A stretch of DNA of 57,008 nucleotides, filler included, from Trypethelium eluteriae (taxonomy: Eukaryota), in NCBI GenBank assembly GCA_051942245.1. It is 4 parts of 4 records of this genome, joined end to end, with 100 filler letters (N's around TTAATTAATTAA, not from the genome) between each part and the next. Parts side by side here need not be neighbours in the genome. Positions count along the whole stretch, not along the records: positions 1 to 14,195 come from JAVECL010000699.1; positions 14,296 to 28,477 come from JAVECL010000700.1; 2 more parts are not named here. The stretch is one strand, 5' to 3'. Position numbers and translations under genes: made by a program. Numbering within the stretch: position 1 is the stretch's first letter; every line of letters starts with the position of its first letter. The notes beneath the pieces are model-generated. The model was not told the DNA's origin and did not search any database. It saw only the letters and a program-made list of their open reading frames with translations. Of the stretch, positions 12,461-24,867 are shown piece after piece.

Positions 12461-13930
12461 TATCAAGAGTAGTTGGCACTCTCATCCCATGAAAAGTTCT
12501 AGGTTTCAGTTTGTTAACGTCTCAAAACTTTCGTTTGACCTTGTCGGATCCCACGGATGTGCAAAGCGCTTTATCGGCATATCTTAGAGCAAGGTAGAGA
12601 ACAGCGAGGAAACGAAGGATATTTGAAGATTTTTTCTCCAGATCTTATAATAGTATACAAGGAAACCTAATTGAAATCAATCAAGAACTCGACAAACGAT
12701 GATTATGCAAATAGCAAGGCTAACGCATTTTCTACGCATCCATACGTCGTGTTTGACACGAGGAGAATGCAGTATGGCTAATCGCTGTATTGATATCATC
12801 TCAAAGGTTCAGTACCATCTGCAGATAGCTGAAACATTTCCAAGGCTTGCGCCTTGTTGGTCTTGGTATCTTGCACCATTGACCCTACCGAATGCCCTTC
12901 CAGACAAGAGAGCGGGAAGGTTTATTAGGAAGCAAGTGAAACGAATCCGGCTTTCCCGTCAAATTCCCCATCGCTCATCTCTATAACGTATCACGAGGTC
13001 CTCATTCAGAGCAGGGATACCACTCAGCTTTTCCGGTTGAGCATGGTTCCAGAAAACTCTGACACTAATGTGAGGTTTGGGGATGCCGTGACCTAATGCA
13101 ATTCGGACATGATATATAAGGTACCGCTGAGTCAGAATAAATACTGTGACCTAGAATATTTTCGGACTCCTACTATTACACATGCTAAAACCATGATGAA
13201 CAGCATATGTCTCTTTAGTCGCTACCGCGATCTTCGAATCTGTCGCAGGGAGTACCATTGATCAACGATTAAGACGTCATGAACTCATGATCTACTTGGA
13301 AAGTGCTAGTCGATCAAAGAGCCTCGCTCGATTACATACAACAAAGGCGATACGAACGCAGGGAAAATAGTCTCGACTCAGCTGTTCATTATCTAGATAC
13401 TACCAGTGCGAATGTCAGCCCTTGGTTGTTGAATGAGTCCATTCTCATGCAGAAGGTGAACGCCGCATTATCACTCACATCTGCATATCAGGAATCACGG
13501 TATGGTTCAGAGCTGAAAGGGACTCTTGTCGATCTCAAGCACTGAGGAAAAGGATCACCTGTCAATGATCTCTGCCGTCTCTATCCTGTCAACGGACAAG
13601 CATTCGGTCAACACCTCATACAGAACACCGAAGTAGAGGTGAGCAAGGTAAGCCTTATTTGCTGGCTGTTAGAGGACTAGAATATATGTATCCCCTCTCT
13701 TATCTTTTTAGTATGCTAGACACGAAGATTTGAAGCTGAAATTTATCGGGTCCTTATGCCTTGACATTGTACGGAGAGGTCTCTGGCTCTGCTACTCCGA
13801 TCTCTTTCCTGGAGTAACCCATACTTTGGTTTTCATGCCTCTTCTCCAGCACTCTACCAAAAGTCTCTATTTATTTCTCACCTATTTCCTCCCTAAAGTA
13901 GACCGTCAACCTAGAGCCCATTCCATCGCC

Positions 13931-14195
13931 ATGTCCGACGAGGTCTACGCGTTTCAGCTCTCCCACGACGCCACCGAGCAATGACGAATGGACCAGCAAT
14001 TCCAAATCATCACCACCGCCCTCGGCTGAGTCCTCCACCCCTCCATCTCCTCCGCCCTCGTACCCAACTCATCCATCACCAACATCGCCACAGGAACCAG
14101 TATCTTCCTCCGCACGCTCACGCCCTCCTAACCCACCGCCAAACTCGACAGCTACGACATCTCCGCTTCAGTCTTCCCCGGGCCCGGCCCATCCC
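13931..14195 (+). pseudogene. Degenerate methyltransferase, paralogue of 9015-9996, cut by the contig end
   Basis: MSDEVYAF..DATEQ*RMDQQF..LG*VLHPSI..ITNIATGTSIFL..PS*PTAKLDSYDIS; in-frame stops at 13982, 14027 and 14129. Confidence 0.8.
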
Positions 14196-14295
14196 NNNNN
14201 NNNNNNNNNNNNNNNNNNNNNNNNNNNNNNNNNNNNNNNTTAATTAATTAANNNNNNNNNNNNNNNNNNNNNNNNNNNNNNNNNNNNNNNNNNNN
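14196..14295. other. Artificial contig-joining linker (N44-TTAATTAATTAA-N44)
   Basis: Exactly 100 nt; the palindromic core puts stop codons in all six frames; repeated identically three times in the window. Confidence 0.98.
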
Positions 14296-14731
14296 GGTCT
14301 GGACTTGGGGGTTGAAATGGGACGGGGAGAGGTGGAGAGGGTAGGAGTGACGTTGAGGGAAAAGGATGGGTAGGGCTTCTTGGTTGGAAGACCATTGTCG
14401 TTCTTGGCTCTTTTGGAGGGAGAGAGGAAAATGGAAGGGTCCATGTTCTCGGTGTCAGCATCGTCAAAGACAGAGTGACCGCCTTTGGGAGATGAAGGAG
14501 GCGAGTGCTGCCGTTTCAAGGGCGAGCTGAAGGTGAAGGTTGATTTGGCGGGAGCAGAGTGTGAGGTAGTGATAGCTATAGTCATTGACGGTGAGCAGAT
14601 ACAATTGACGCGTCTAGTATTGCCTTCAAGCAAGACCAAAGCGTACCATTCTGTCTGTTCTTGACATTCTGCAGTTGCTGCAGTCGTGGAGTGCCCAACT
14701 CGCCAAAAGGCTGTCTAATTGCTGTGGCCAT
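14296..14731 (-). CDS. 5' part of a conserved fungal hypothetical protein (truncated by the contig end)
   Basis: MATAIRQPFGELGTPRLQQLQNVKNRQN, then a GT-AG intron and an S/P-rich exon containing DTENMDPSIFLSPSKRAK. Confidence 0.65.
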
Positions 14732-16060
14732 TGTGGATGGTAGACTTGTAGTCAAGATCAAAACACGCGTCAAAGGAGGTGTGACTACGCGTCGTGAGAT
14801 ATGATCTGATGGAAAGTGTGATATAGAATTGGTTAATGGTCTCCTCTAAAAGTAAGAGTATGATTGAGGTGTGAGTCTGCCAGCACAAGGTTGAGGGTGG
14901 CCAAGGCAGAGTAAAACAGACTGAAGGAGAGCGGATCAACAAGATGGGAGGGGCTGAGCGTATATCCAAGAAGGTACAAAGTTACGGGGGTGAGCGGCAC
15001 GGAATCGAGCCAATCGTCACGCTCGTGTCTGGAAGCCTGGCGAGAAGCGTAGAAGCGTGGAGGAGCGTGCCTCTCTCGTGTTTACTTGGTGTTTTCCCCG
15101 CCAATTCATCCCCTGTCGAAAGCTAAAGCTGGAATCGGTATAGCTCATTCGCGTGTACCTAGTCCCTTTTTGGCTCGGTCTTTGCTCTAATTGCTCTACG
15201 CTTGAGGCTCAGCACTTAGTGGCGAAGGAACTGCATCATTCTGCATTATAATATCGCCAAACTGTCGAGTGCAGTGTAAAGGATTGGATGTGAGCAGTCG
15301 GGCTTGATCATGGAGGATGCCTCGGAGTCGACAGGGGGGCGCGACTTTGACGCGAGCTCCTCGTTGGCTAAAACTAAGGATCAACCCTCGACACTCGGCG
15401 CCAGATGAAGCCAAGGCCGCAGTGCAAAAAGTGACACTTAAATTCGTTGGCCTTCCGAAATGCCGAGACTCAAGCAATTGCATTTGACTGTCTTGAAACT
15501 GCTTCAAGCAAGGTTCTGGGAAGAAATTCTGAGTCTGAAATTGCAAGAGAGCCAAATAGTTTTGGCCAAACATCTGGTCAGACTGCCAGAAACGCGATCA
15601 GGCCGAGACCTTCAGGAATTTGCCTTATCACAAGGCTGCTCTTTCAGCTTGAGGTTGATCGCGACGATCGCGACGTCATAGGCAAGCCGTGCTTGCCTGA
15701 TAGAAGGATGCCCTAGGAAGAACGATGTTGCTACGGGGTATCTCTACACCCATTCACTCAAGAGCCTAATCCTCGATCCGGTTTAGATACAATGTAATTC
15801 GCACAATTTGCTGAGGCGGAGAACCCCTCCGTAGAATCTCTGGCCAGCAGTATATAGTTGAAGATTTTTACTTGGGGCTTTTATTGCTGAATTTTACTTC
15901 TGCAAATTAAAGCGTATGGCTGTCTCGCAAGGCGAAAATAGATCTGGGAGACGTTCATGTAGATACGAGCAATTTATACATCGGCATGCTTTCTGTACTA
16001 TAGTTATTTTCTCTGTTTGTCTAATCTCAACATTCAGGTCATAGTCATGTGTGAACTTTC

Positions 16061-17076
16061 TCACTTTGCCATTTTGGCCGCCCTCTCTACCTGGTTGCGA
16101 AGTTCGTTCCAGTTGTCCATTGCTCTCTGAATTTCTGGATCTCCGTGATCTGCTGCCTTCGAATTGCTAGCTCTCTCAACTCGCTTACGGATCTAGTTCC
16201 AATCCCTTGCAGCTATTTCAAATTCAGGCTCTTTGATATATGTACGCGATGGAGCCGCAAGAGGTTTCGATGATGGAGAGGCAGGCTCTTGCTTCTCTGC
16301 TGCAGACTCTCTGGCTCTCTCGATCCGCTTGCGAAGTTCATCCCATTCTCCTTTGGCTCTCCGAATGTCAGACTCTAAGAGATACGCGCGAGAGGTAGAC
16401 GTAGACTTCTTCTGCGCTGGAGAAGCAGTCGCCTTGCCTGCGCCTGGCTTGACACGGACTGGTATTTTGGGCACGGGATTGGCCTGATTCCGATCCCCTC
16501 GAAAGGTATCTTTGAGACATGTCAGTAATCAATGCACATTCGTGAGGTGTTTCCCACTCAGGAACATGGATGTGCCGTCTCTATTACCGGCAGAACATAA
16601 TTTTATCTTGGTACTGACCTTGTACTTTAGATGGTGAGTCTTTTTCAAGCTGGGCCCCCTCTCCGGCATATTTGGTGGTAAGCAGGACGCTGCCGTCATC
16701 GACATAACTAGGAGTTATGCTGTCATCATCGTTCTCCATAGTGTTCTCCGTAGTGTTTCCCGTCGGCTTTACTTCCTCGAGGCTTGCATAATCGACCTTT
16801 CTGCTTGACCTCTTTGCATGCTTTGAAGCAGAAGCCTCGGGTTTCGATGGTGATGTGGTAGCCTCTTGCTCTGTGGTGGTAGTAGGCTCTTTGATGTCAG
16901 CATGCTCCTTGGTAGCAGCTGCAGCGCGCCATTCTTGCGTTGCGCCATTCTTGCATTCTTGCCTTTATATCATTGAGGATTTTCATCTGCTCGGGCACAC
17001 AAATCTCGGTGAGCTTGTCCGCCGGAACGCTCATCGTGCTGGAATTTTTGAGACGTTCAGGGGTCTCAGGAGCCAT
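16061..17076 (-). pseudogene. Disrupted hypothetical gene with a C-terminal three-fold helical repeat
   Basis: MAPETPERLK... frame broken by a 16-bp duplication (16926-16954); GTCAGT...AAG intron (~16618-16510); TAG at 16193-16195 inside repeat 2; terminal TGA at 16061-16063. Confidence 0.6.
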
Positions 17077-17396
17077 TTTGAAGGGATCAATTGGTAGTAA
17101 GAAGGCTACCTCGACCGAAGATGGGTTATGTTGTGATGTTGATGTTTTGAGTCCCCGGGGAAGGGTGGGGGTTGAATGTTTACAGAAACGCGTGAGGACC
17201 AAGAGAGCCTTCTTCACTTTGCCGTAGCAACTTTCCCAGGGCAATTCTGTAATTTTTTGACGTCATGCTTGGATATGAATGAAGCGTCTTCCTCTCTTGC
17301 AGCAAAATCGATTGCCACGTGGCCATCAATTCAGATCGAACCATCCCCTGAATCCCACTGATCCTGCGTTCAAATGTGGGAAGAGGACGATCTATC

Positions 17397-18218
17397 TCAG
17401 AGCCTGGCTTTATCTTTTCGTTTTTCCTCTTCCCACTGGCTCTGCATTCTCCAGCTGCGTAAGAAACTCCACGAAGCAGCCATGATGCCCATTGGAGGCC
17501 ACCAAAGCAACCAATTCCACCACTTCGGGCTTCGTCTTCTCACGTCCTCAATCACCCTCTCCACCTCCGTCTTCAGCTTTTCTTTGCTTCCGTCATTCAA
17601 AACCACTTCCCCCCAGCCCTCGCCCCTGGCCTGCGCCCTCTTTGCCTTCTCTCTGACATCGGTCTGACTTCCAACCCGGTTCCTAGCATCTTCTTCTGTC
17701 AAATGAGAATCTCTTTCCCTTAAGCGTTCCATTTGCACAACCGGATTTGACACAGAGACCACAATTATACAACCGCAAAATCGTTCCCAGCCAGACTCAA
17801 ATAGCAAAGGAATATCGAGGACCACCGCCCAATGTCCGGTCACATAGTAATATGCCATTTGTTTGTACATTTCCCACCGCACTGCGGGATGCACAATTCC
17901 ATTCAGCTCCTTACGATCTCGCTGTCGTTCCACACTGTCTCCGAAGACCCGCCGTCCCAACGCCGGGCGATTGAGCGGTCTTCCCTTACCCTCTGGGCCA
18001 TTCTCACCGCCGCACTCGTCGGGCGATTGGAGCAAGTCTGGCGTGGTTGGAAGGAAATGTGCAAGAATGGCATTGTAGCCGGATGTGCCGGGTTCGACAA
18101 CTTTGCGGGCGAGGATATCGGCATCGATGACGGGGAGGGAGTATGGCCGGGAGCGAAGAAGGTTGGACACGGTGGATTTCCCGGTTGCGATGGAGCCAGT
18201 GAGGCCGATTATTAACAT
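17397..18218 (-). CDS. CAB5: Dephospho-CoA kinase
   Basis: MLIIGLTGSIATGKSTVS P-loop, IDAD..AR.VVEPG, LNRPALG..VF, LNGIVHPAVR, VVLDIPLLFE. Confidence 0.96.
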   Translation of the reverse strand: MLIIGLTGSIATGKSTVSNLLRSRPYSLPVIDADILARKVVEPGTSGYNAILAHFLPTTPDLLQSPDECGGENGPEGKGRPLNRPALGRRVFGDSVERQRDRKELNGIVHPAVRWEMYKQMAYYYVTGHWAVVLDIPLLFESGWERFCGCIIVVSVSNPVVQMERLRERDSHLTEEDARNRVGSQTDVREKAKRAQARGEGWGEVVLNDGSKEKLKTEVERVIEDVRRRSPKWWNWLLWWPPMGIMAASWSFLRSWRMQSQWEEEKRKDKARL

Positions 18219-19159
18219 GGTAGACAATCGGCCAGGTAATGGTTTGAAGTCAGTATCCCTGGAAAATTGCTTGTCAACCGGGAATCCTGCCCAAGAAAAT
18301 ATCGGTCAAATAAACGATGTCGCGGCGGATGGGAATATGCCGGCACGGACCGTTGCCCGAGGATGTGGGGGCACCTTCTCACCTTCTGCTTGGAACCATT
18401 TTCTGGTACATCTGTTCCCCACAATGCCGAAGATTCTTGGTTTGTAGCATCGTTCAAGGATTGGTATAGATCATTCCAAGAGAGAAATACGATGGCAAGT
18501 AAGCTTCGGTACCTAGGAGATATTGTACTTCAGGTCAAGTTTGGCCCAACCTCTGCTTGGATTGCTTACCTATCTATGACTTGGTCTACGTATTCTTTCG
18601 ATATCCATCTTCTGTATCTATTTCATGGGCAATAACCTTGGCGAGCAGAGCCACTTCGAAGTTCACGGGAGCATGGAGAGCTCACCACCAGATCTTGATG
18701 CAGACTCAGAACGACTCGAGGTTCGATATGAATATTTTCAGAGCAGCAGAATTTGAAAGGCTCGCATGGGAATTGGAAAGGGAAGTACGCATGACAAGAC
18801 CTATCTACAGAGTACAACATCCTACTCCCACTCCTTGTTCATTAGGATGCTCGAGCAATATTGTTGAGCCTCGCGTGCGGGAGGACTATGAAGTCTGTCA
18901 CACGTGAGTGCTCCAGTTCAGACCATGCATGGCATCAGCAGGATACAGGTACAAGACTTTGTGCAAGATTTGGTCTATGATTACGGTACGCGATTGTGTC
19001 TGCACTGACCTAGCGAAAGACTGCCTCTCCTCCTGCTTCAGACTAATGGATACGCAACTAATAGTACAGGATATCATAGAACAACAACGCGCCGTACTCT
19101 AGTCCTCAAGCTATCGATCGGTAATCTGGGATTCCGTATCTATCAGTGCTGGCAAGGGA

Positions 19160-20330
19160 GCCGGCGAAGAATTTTTGCGCGAACTCAAGAATTCCGGTCC
19201 AAGCGATGAACGCGAAAATATTGTTACGCAACCATTATTCCGCAAGTCGTCTGCGGTGCAAAGACCGTAGAGACAAGTGTTGGATTCTTCTGCTGATCAT
19301 CGGTTATTGGTATCATTCGCTCCTCGTAACTCCTGAGTCCTGCTGCAAGATCGCCTTGGTGCTTCCCGACCTCGCCCACCATTACATAGGCGCCAGCGAT
19401 AGCGAGAGTCGTACCGGCACCAGTAAAGCTGCTCGGTGCCTAGCCTGCATCGCCGACTAAAACAAAGCCGCCTTTGTGTAGGAATGCGCTTCCGACCTGG
19501 ACGATCTCAGAGGCGCAGAAATCTCCTGCTTCCATCATGTCCTTGACAATCTCGGTGGTCTTCTAGCCGGCGCCCTTATAGTGTCGAGCTACAAATTGTT
19601 TGAGAGCGTCGTCTCTTTGCTTCATGGCCTCGTAGAATGGTAGCTTAGCGTCGCCGTTATCACGTAGGTGGATTCCCATTAGCTCGACTCGACTCACGCC
19701 TGATGGATCAGGACCGACATGGATAAGACGGTCCCCTTTGGCGCTGTATGACCATACGATCTTACTCCACGGAGCAGATCTTGTTTGACAGAAAAGTAAG
19801 CCACCCAGCAATTCATTGGTCCAGTGTGGTCGCGAACACCGCAGCCCAGCCCTATGGCTCGAGTCCTCGAAGTCACGCCATCACAGGCAACAACAAGGTC
19901 ATACTCGCAAGTCGGAAAGCCATTCACCAACTCGACAGTGACAGACCGTTCGTCCTTTTCGTCTTGCAGCACCTAGGTGACTTGCTCGCCAAAGGCATAC
20001 TTGATTTTCTCATTGTCGTTGGTCAAGTCGAGGAGAATCTGTGCCAGATCGCCACGGAAGATCTCGTACTCGGAGATGAGCGACTGCTGATCAGGACTTC
20101 TACGTGCAGTAGCTTTGATGATTCCATAGGATTGGCTGCTGTCACCAATGAAGCTATAGCCTTCTATCTGTGTTGTCTTGGCTCGCGCGGCGGCCTCCAT
20201 CCCTGATATCTTCCGCATTATAAAGACTCCAACGATGCGGATGTCGACCGTCTGTCCATTGGTGCGCAGCTTTGCAAGCCGCTTGTTGATGGTAACATTT
20301 GCTCCGGCTACTGCGAACCAGTACTGTCTT
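19160..20330 (-). pseudogene. FAD-dependent monooxygenase (FAD_binding_3-type) pseudogene
   Basis: GQTVDIR, EYEIFRGDL, DLVVACDG and VLVGDAG*APS..G.GTTLA motifs are present; stops at ~19973, ~19563 and ~19440, a frameshift near 19760, and no intact GxGxxG N-terminus. Confidence 0.85.
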
Positions 20331-20609
20331 CGGATAGTAAAAGGTAGTGCAAAGGATGAGGAGATGGATCAAGTGTACATACAGGAGTTGTGCAAATCTT
20401 CGAAAGGACTCACATACATTTGTCCATAGGAACCTTAGAGATCGAGGCAGGAGGTATGACTATCATGTTGTATGTGCAATAGGAAGTGACCGAACCTTCT
20501 ACAAGGTATGCTCTGCTCTCTGTACATGCTACTGTGCGTGGCCAAATGAAAACCAAAGTGTACTAGCGAGATTTCTATTTACATCGTAATCTAATGCATC
20601 CATCTGAAC

Positions 20610-22327
20610 TTAATTTTCGGCCTTTGGAGGCGGATATTTCTTTCTCCACCGTTTCCCCCAAATCTGCGTGGTGACTACCCCGGTAATGAAGGCAACACCG
20701 AGTATCATTCCCTGACATCCAAATGTAACTGCGGCTCCGCTTGTAGCAATCCATTTCAGCTGAAAATATACCACACAAAAGCCCCCAGTAGTACGCCAGA
20801 AGTTGATGATACTAGCCACGAGTGATGAGTGGTTAGGGAAACTATCTAAGCAATACGCACTAATTGCAGTAGTTGCCGCAATCATACCAAAAGCTACACA
20901 TGCCCAAGCTACGAGTAAGGCGATCCAATGAAGTGTATGCTGAAGGGCCTGACCATACAGAATCAGACCGACGAAGGCGATGACAGCGGGTGTGTAGACG
21001 CCCCAGAGCCGATTCTCAACTGTGTAAGAGCCCTCGTGAGTGCGAAGGTGACGTCTTAAGAGAAAATCGTTGAACCAATACCCCCATAGCTCACCCAAAC
21101 CTGCCCCTATCATTGGTGCTACCCAAGAGACGGCCTCTGCTGAGGGACTGAACGAGTATGGAGGTGGAACGACCAGCAAGGATATGGTCGTGTTGATGCC
21201 AATCACCCAGGCGACTAATACCATGATGAATATGACCGCTATGAAATAGTCAGCTGTGTCATCCAGAGCCTGAAATATGGAGTGGGCGAGCTTACTAAGA
21301 AAGAAGATTTGAGGTCTCAACTGAACGGTAACGAGATCCTTACAGACAGTCCATACAATGGGTCTCCCGCTCATTTGGGCCCCGGCAACTCCCGTAAGTA
21401 GTTTTAATTTACCTTTAACTCCAGCCTCTTTTTTCTGGGGGCTTAGACGATCATACAGTGTCTCGCGCCCTAAGAGCACTACAAGAATTGCTGAAAACCC
21501 AAAAAGTCCAGACAAGACCCCTGCACTAATTGTCAGTGAACGGCAACATAAATGGAAGACCAGTGCGTCTAGGTCAATGCGAACCGAAATCAGCACGCCA
21601 TGATACAGCTTCAATAAGCCAAGCAGCGATAAAAGGGCCGAGAAAGGGGCCACCCAAAAAACATAGAACCCAGATGTTTACTTTCCTCGCACGTTCATGA
21701 AAGAAAAACATATCATGAACAATACTTAAGCCAACGACTTGTGGAGGTGAGCATACAAATCCTTGAAGAGTCCGGAATGCTGTGAAGCAAGCATAGTTGG
21801 GCGATACCGCAGCAGCCATGACGGTCAACGCTGCCAGGATTTGAGACCAAAATACTACAGGCAAACGACCAAACCGTTGGATAAGAGGCACAGCAAGCAC
21901 TCCTCCAGGGCCCATCATAAACAGACTGCCACTTAGTGATTGGCTGACTGCAGAAGGGGTCATGTTGAAGGTCGGCCCTTGCGCTTGAAAAAGTACAGAG
22001 CCCCAGGTAATGCTGAAATCCGTCAACTACACACATATTAGCATAGAGAAGCTGTTTTGTCAATGTGAAACTAACGAGCGAAGCGAAGATGAGAGGAATC
22101 AAGGCCAGATGCTTTTGCGTCCATGACCAATTGAGAGGGTCATCGGGATCATCCGAAGGTTGAGGAATGAGGATTGTGACTCCATCCTTGGCAAGTTTAA
22201 GATTTCCCGCCTCAGAAGCCTTCAGGACTTGCATATCCCCATGACCCTCAACGTATATTTCATCCACCTCCGCGGGAACAGGTCCCTTCTCGATCTCGGA
22301 ATCGGTCTGAGAATCGAAAGTTGCCAT
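20610..22327 (-). CDS. MFS transporter (DHA1-like), multi-exon
   Basis: LIPQPSDDPDDPLNWS, RFGRLPV, FRTLQG, DMFFFHERA, GPFLGP; about 12 TM segments. Confidence 0.92.
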
Positions 22328-23532
22328 TGTAAGCTGAGACTAGTGCATGTACGATTAGAAGACTGCGTGATTAAACACGGAACGAAGCAGATGAACGCGG
22401 TTCATAGCAAGGCTTAAAATGTTTACAGTACTTCCTTAGCTGGCACAATTAAGAGGCCAATAGTAGGATCCGACACAGATGCGATTCAGATGTAGTCAAA
22501 ATAACGCATGTCGCCATACTCCAACTGGCAGCTCCGACTATGCACCTTCGAAATCGACCAAGCCTCCGATAGCGTGGCCGGAGAGGCATCACTTGTCGAC
22601 CAACCATATTATCTCGACAGATACACAGAAGGCGAACACGATTCAGACCATGTACTACCGTACAGAGTCTAGGCACTGTATGCGGGGTGATCATGCAAGT
22701 TGGAGAGTCGGAGTAGTTGGGGGTGGAGATAGGCACGACAGGGTTCGGGCAAAATATAGAAGAGAAGGTGAGACAAGGACCAGCTTGCCGGGACAAGCTA
22801 CCAAACTCCCCATGCCCGTCGCGCGCTTGCGTTTCCCAAGAAGCCAAGCCGCCGTTCACACGGCCCGCGCTCATCCCTGGCTGGCACTGCTTAGCGGCAT
22901 GCTGTCACGCTGCCACCCTGCCATCCTGCAGTGAGCTCGCTCTTTGAAATTGTTTTTTACGCCGGATAACAATCATCCCACGCCCGAGCTGACCCGTCAC
23001 CGGCACCTCGACCGTCGCTCCGAGACTTTACTCCAATGGAGTGCATCGCCTTAGCCGCTTTGACCTGTAGCAAAACAAGTCCTGATGATCGAACCTTCGG
23101 AGTACCTGGGCTTATATCGTAGTGATCGAACACGGTAAGATTGCATGTTGTGTACCCCCACTGACATTACAGAATTGCCTTCTATCGTAAATTGATCAAG
23201 TCGCGTATGTGCTTCCTTAAGGCATCGGGCCCCTGACGACATGGGTTCTCAAACTGCTGGGTGCGAGCCCTCAGTACAGAGGATCGGTCCTGTATCTTGT
23301 GGGAAAGCCGCGGAGAGACCCGTGGAATGATACCTATCCCTATCCCGTTGCTCAAAAAAAGCCCGCCTGACCGATACCACTCGGTTTACACCGGCACCCA
23401 CTCAGTTATGCACTTGACCAGTCGTCAATCATGAGGTCTTTCTCCACAAACCTTACAACTAGCGGTATTCTCTAGCTCGATTCTCGAACGTTGTTGAAGC
23501 AAGCAGCCGATGCAGCAGCAGCAGCAAGCACA

Positions 23533-24867
23533 ATGTCTCATCTCGAATGCCTGTCCGATAATTGTACCAACCGTGGCACAAGCTTGGTGATTCTCGCTTG
23601 GGTACTGTTTGCTGTTTCGACAGCTATCGTTGGGCTGAGACTCTGGACGAGAGCTTTCCGTGTACGCAGGATTACTGCTGATGATTACTTGATACTGGCA
23701 GGAAGTGTAAGATACTCCTCAAGTGTACATGTGATTCGATACTGATTCTGCAAAAGCTGTGTGAACTCGGCCACTGTACAATCATTTCAATTGCCTACAG
23801 ATGGGGGTTGGGCCGACATCTTCCTTCTCTTGCGCCTTCCGATGCCACACAGGGTCTGAAATTTATTCTGATCCTAGAGTCATTCAGTATCATGACATCC
23901 ATGTTTGGCCGCATATCCTTCTGCGTATTCCTGCTATACCTCCTGGGTCCTGCCAAAAAGACACTGAAGATTGTGTTGTGGATCAATATTGTACAGCAAC
24001 TTGCTATCAATATTGTGATGCTGATTCAGATCTATGCGCAATGCGGCACCCAAATTGCAGCACTATGGGATCAAGAGGTCGCTGCCCATGCAAAATGTCA
24101 AAGTCCAAATGTGGAGACTGATCTTGCTTTCGCTCAAAGTGGTACGTCTTCCTCCATCTCATTCCCTTATCAATTTATCACTGACTATCAATCAGCTCTT
24201 AACAGCGTTTGCGATCTTGTTCTGGCAATCTTGCCCCCCTTTCTTTTGTGGGACCTCCAGATGCCCAAGGCTACCAAGTACGGGCTCTTAGCAGTAATGA
24301 TGCTCAGCGTGTTGTAGGTTCCTCAGCTAACTACTGGTACTCCAGTGTGCTAACAAGCGATTAGTGGATTTGCAGCTTCACTGGTAAAATTAGTAGAAAT
24401 AAAGAATTTAGGCTCTCGAGGGGATTTCACTTGTATGTTTCTCTCCTCGTGAACTCTGTGCAGAATAGCTAACCACTATGAAATCAGGGAACATGGTCAA
24501 TCTTCAACTATGGGTATGCGTCGAGAACAACATCGTCCTGATGTACGCCTCGATCCCGGTGCTGCGGCCGCTGGTGGTCCAAAAGAAGTCGGGTAGCTCC
24601 AAAAGCTCGAGATTCGGGAGCTTGTCGAAGAACGAGGCATCTCGCAGTTCACGGCGAGAAAGAGAAGGTGGTGATCGTAGATCAGGGCGGCTCGGACTCA
24701 AATATGGCAGCAGCTTCAAGACTTTACCAGACGGAGCAAGCGAGGAATACATTCTTCAGCCCACAAGAGATGATGCGATCACAAGGACTACAGAGCTACA
24801 CGTTACTACTACTTCCACTGGTCCGGACCAAAGAGAGCTAAGCAAGGATAGTATCTCACTGAAATAA
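23533..24867 (+). CDS. PTH11-like (rhodopsin-domain) integral membrane protein
   Basis: NRG..L, LRLWTR...ADDYLI, GRISFC.FL, QC, DLVLAILP..LWDLQM, ENNIVLMYASIP.LRP; 5-6 exons. Confidence 0.88.

Noticed and set aside
14240..14251. TTAATTAATTAA palindrome as a biological site
   Set aside because: It is the core of the synthetic six-frame-stop linker embedded in Ns.
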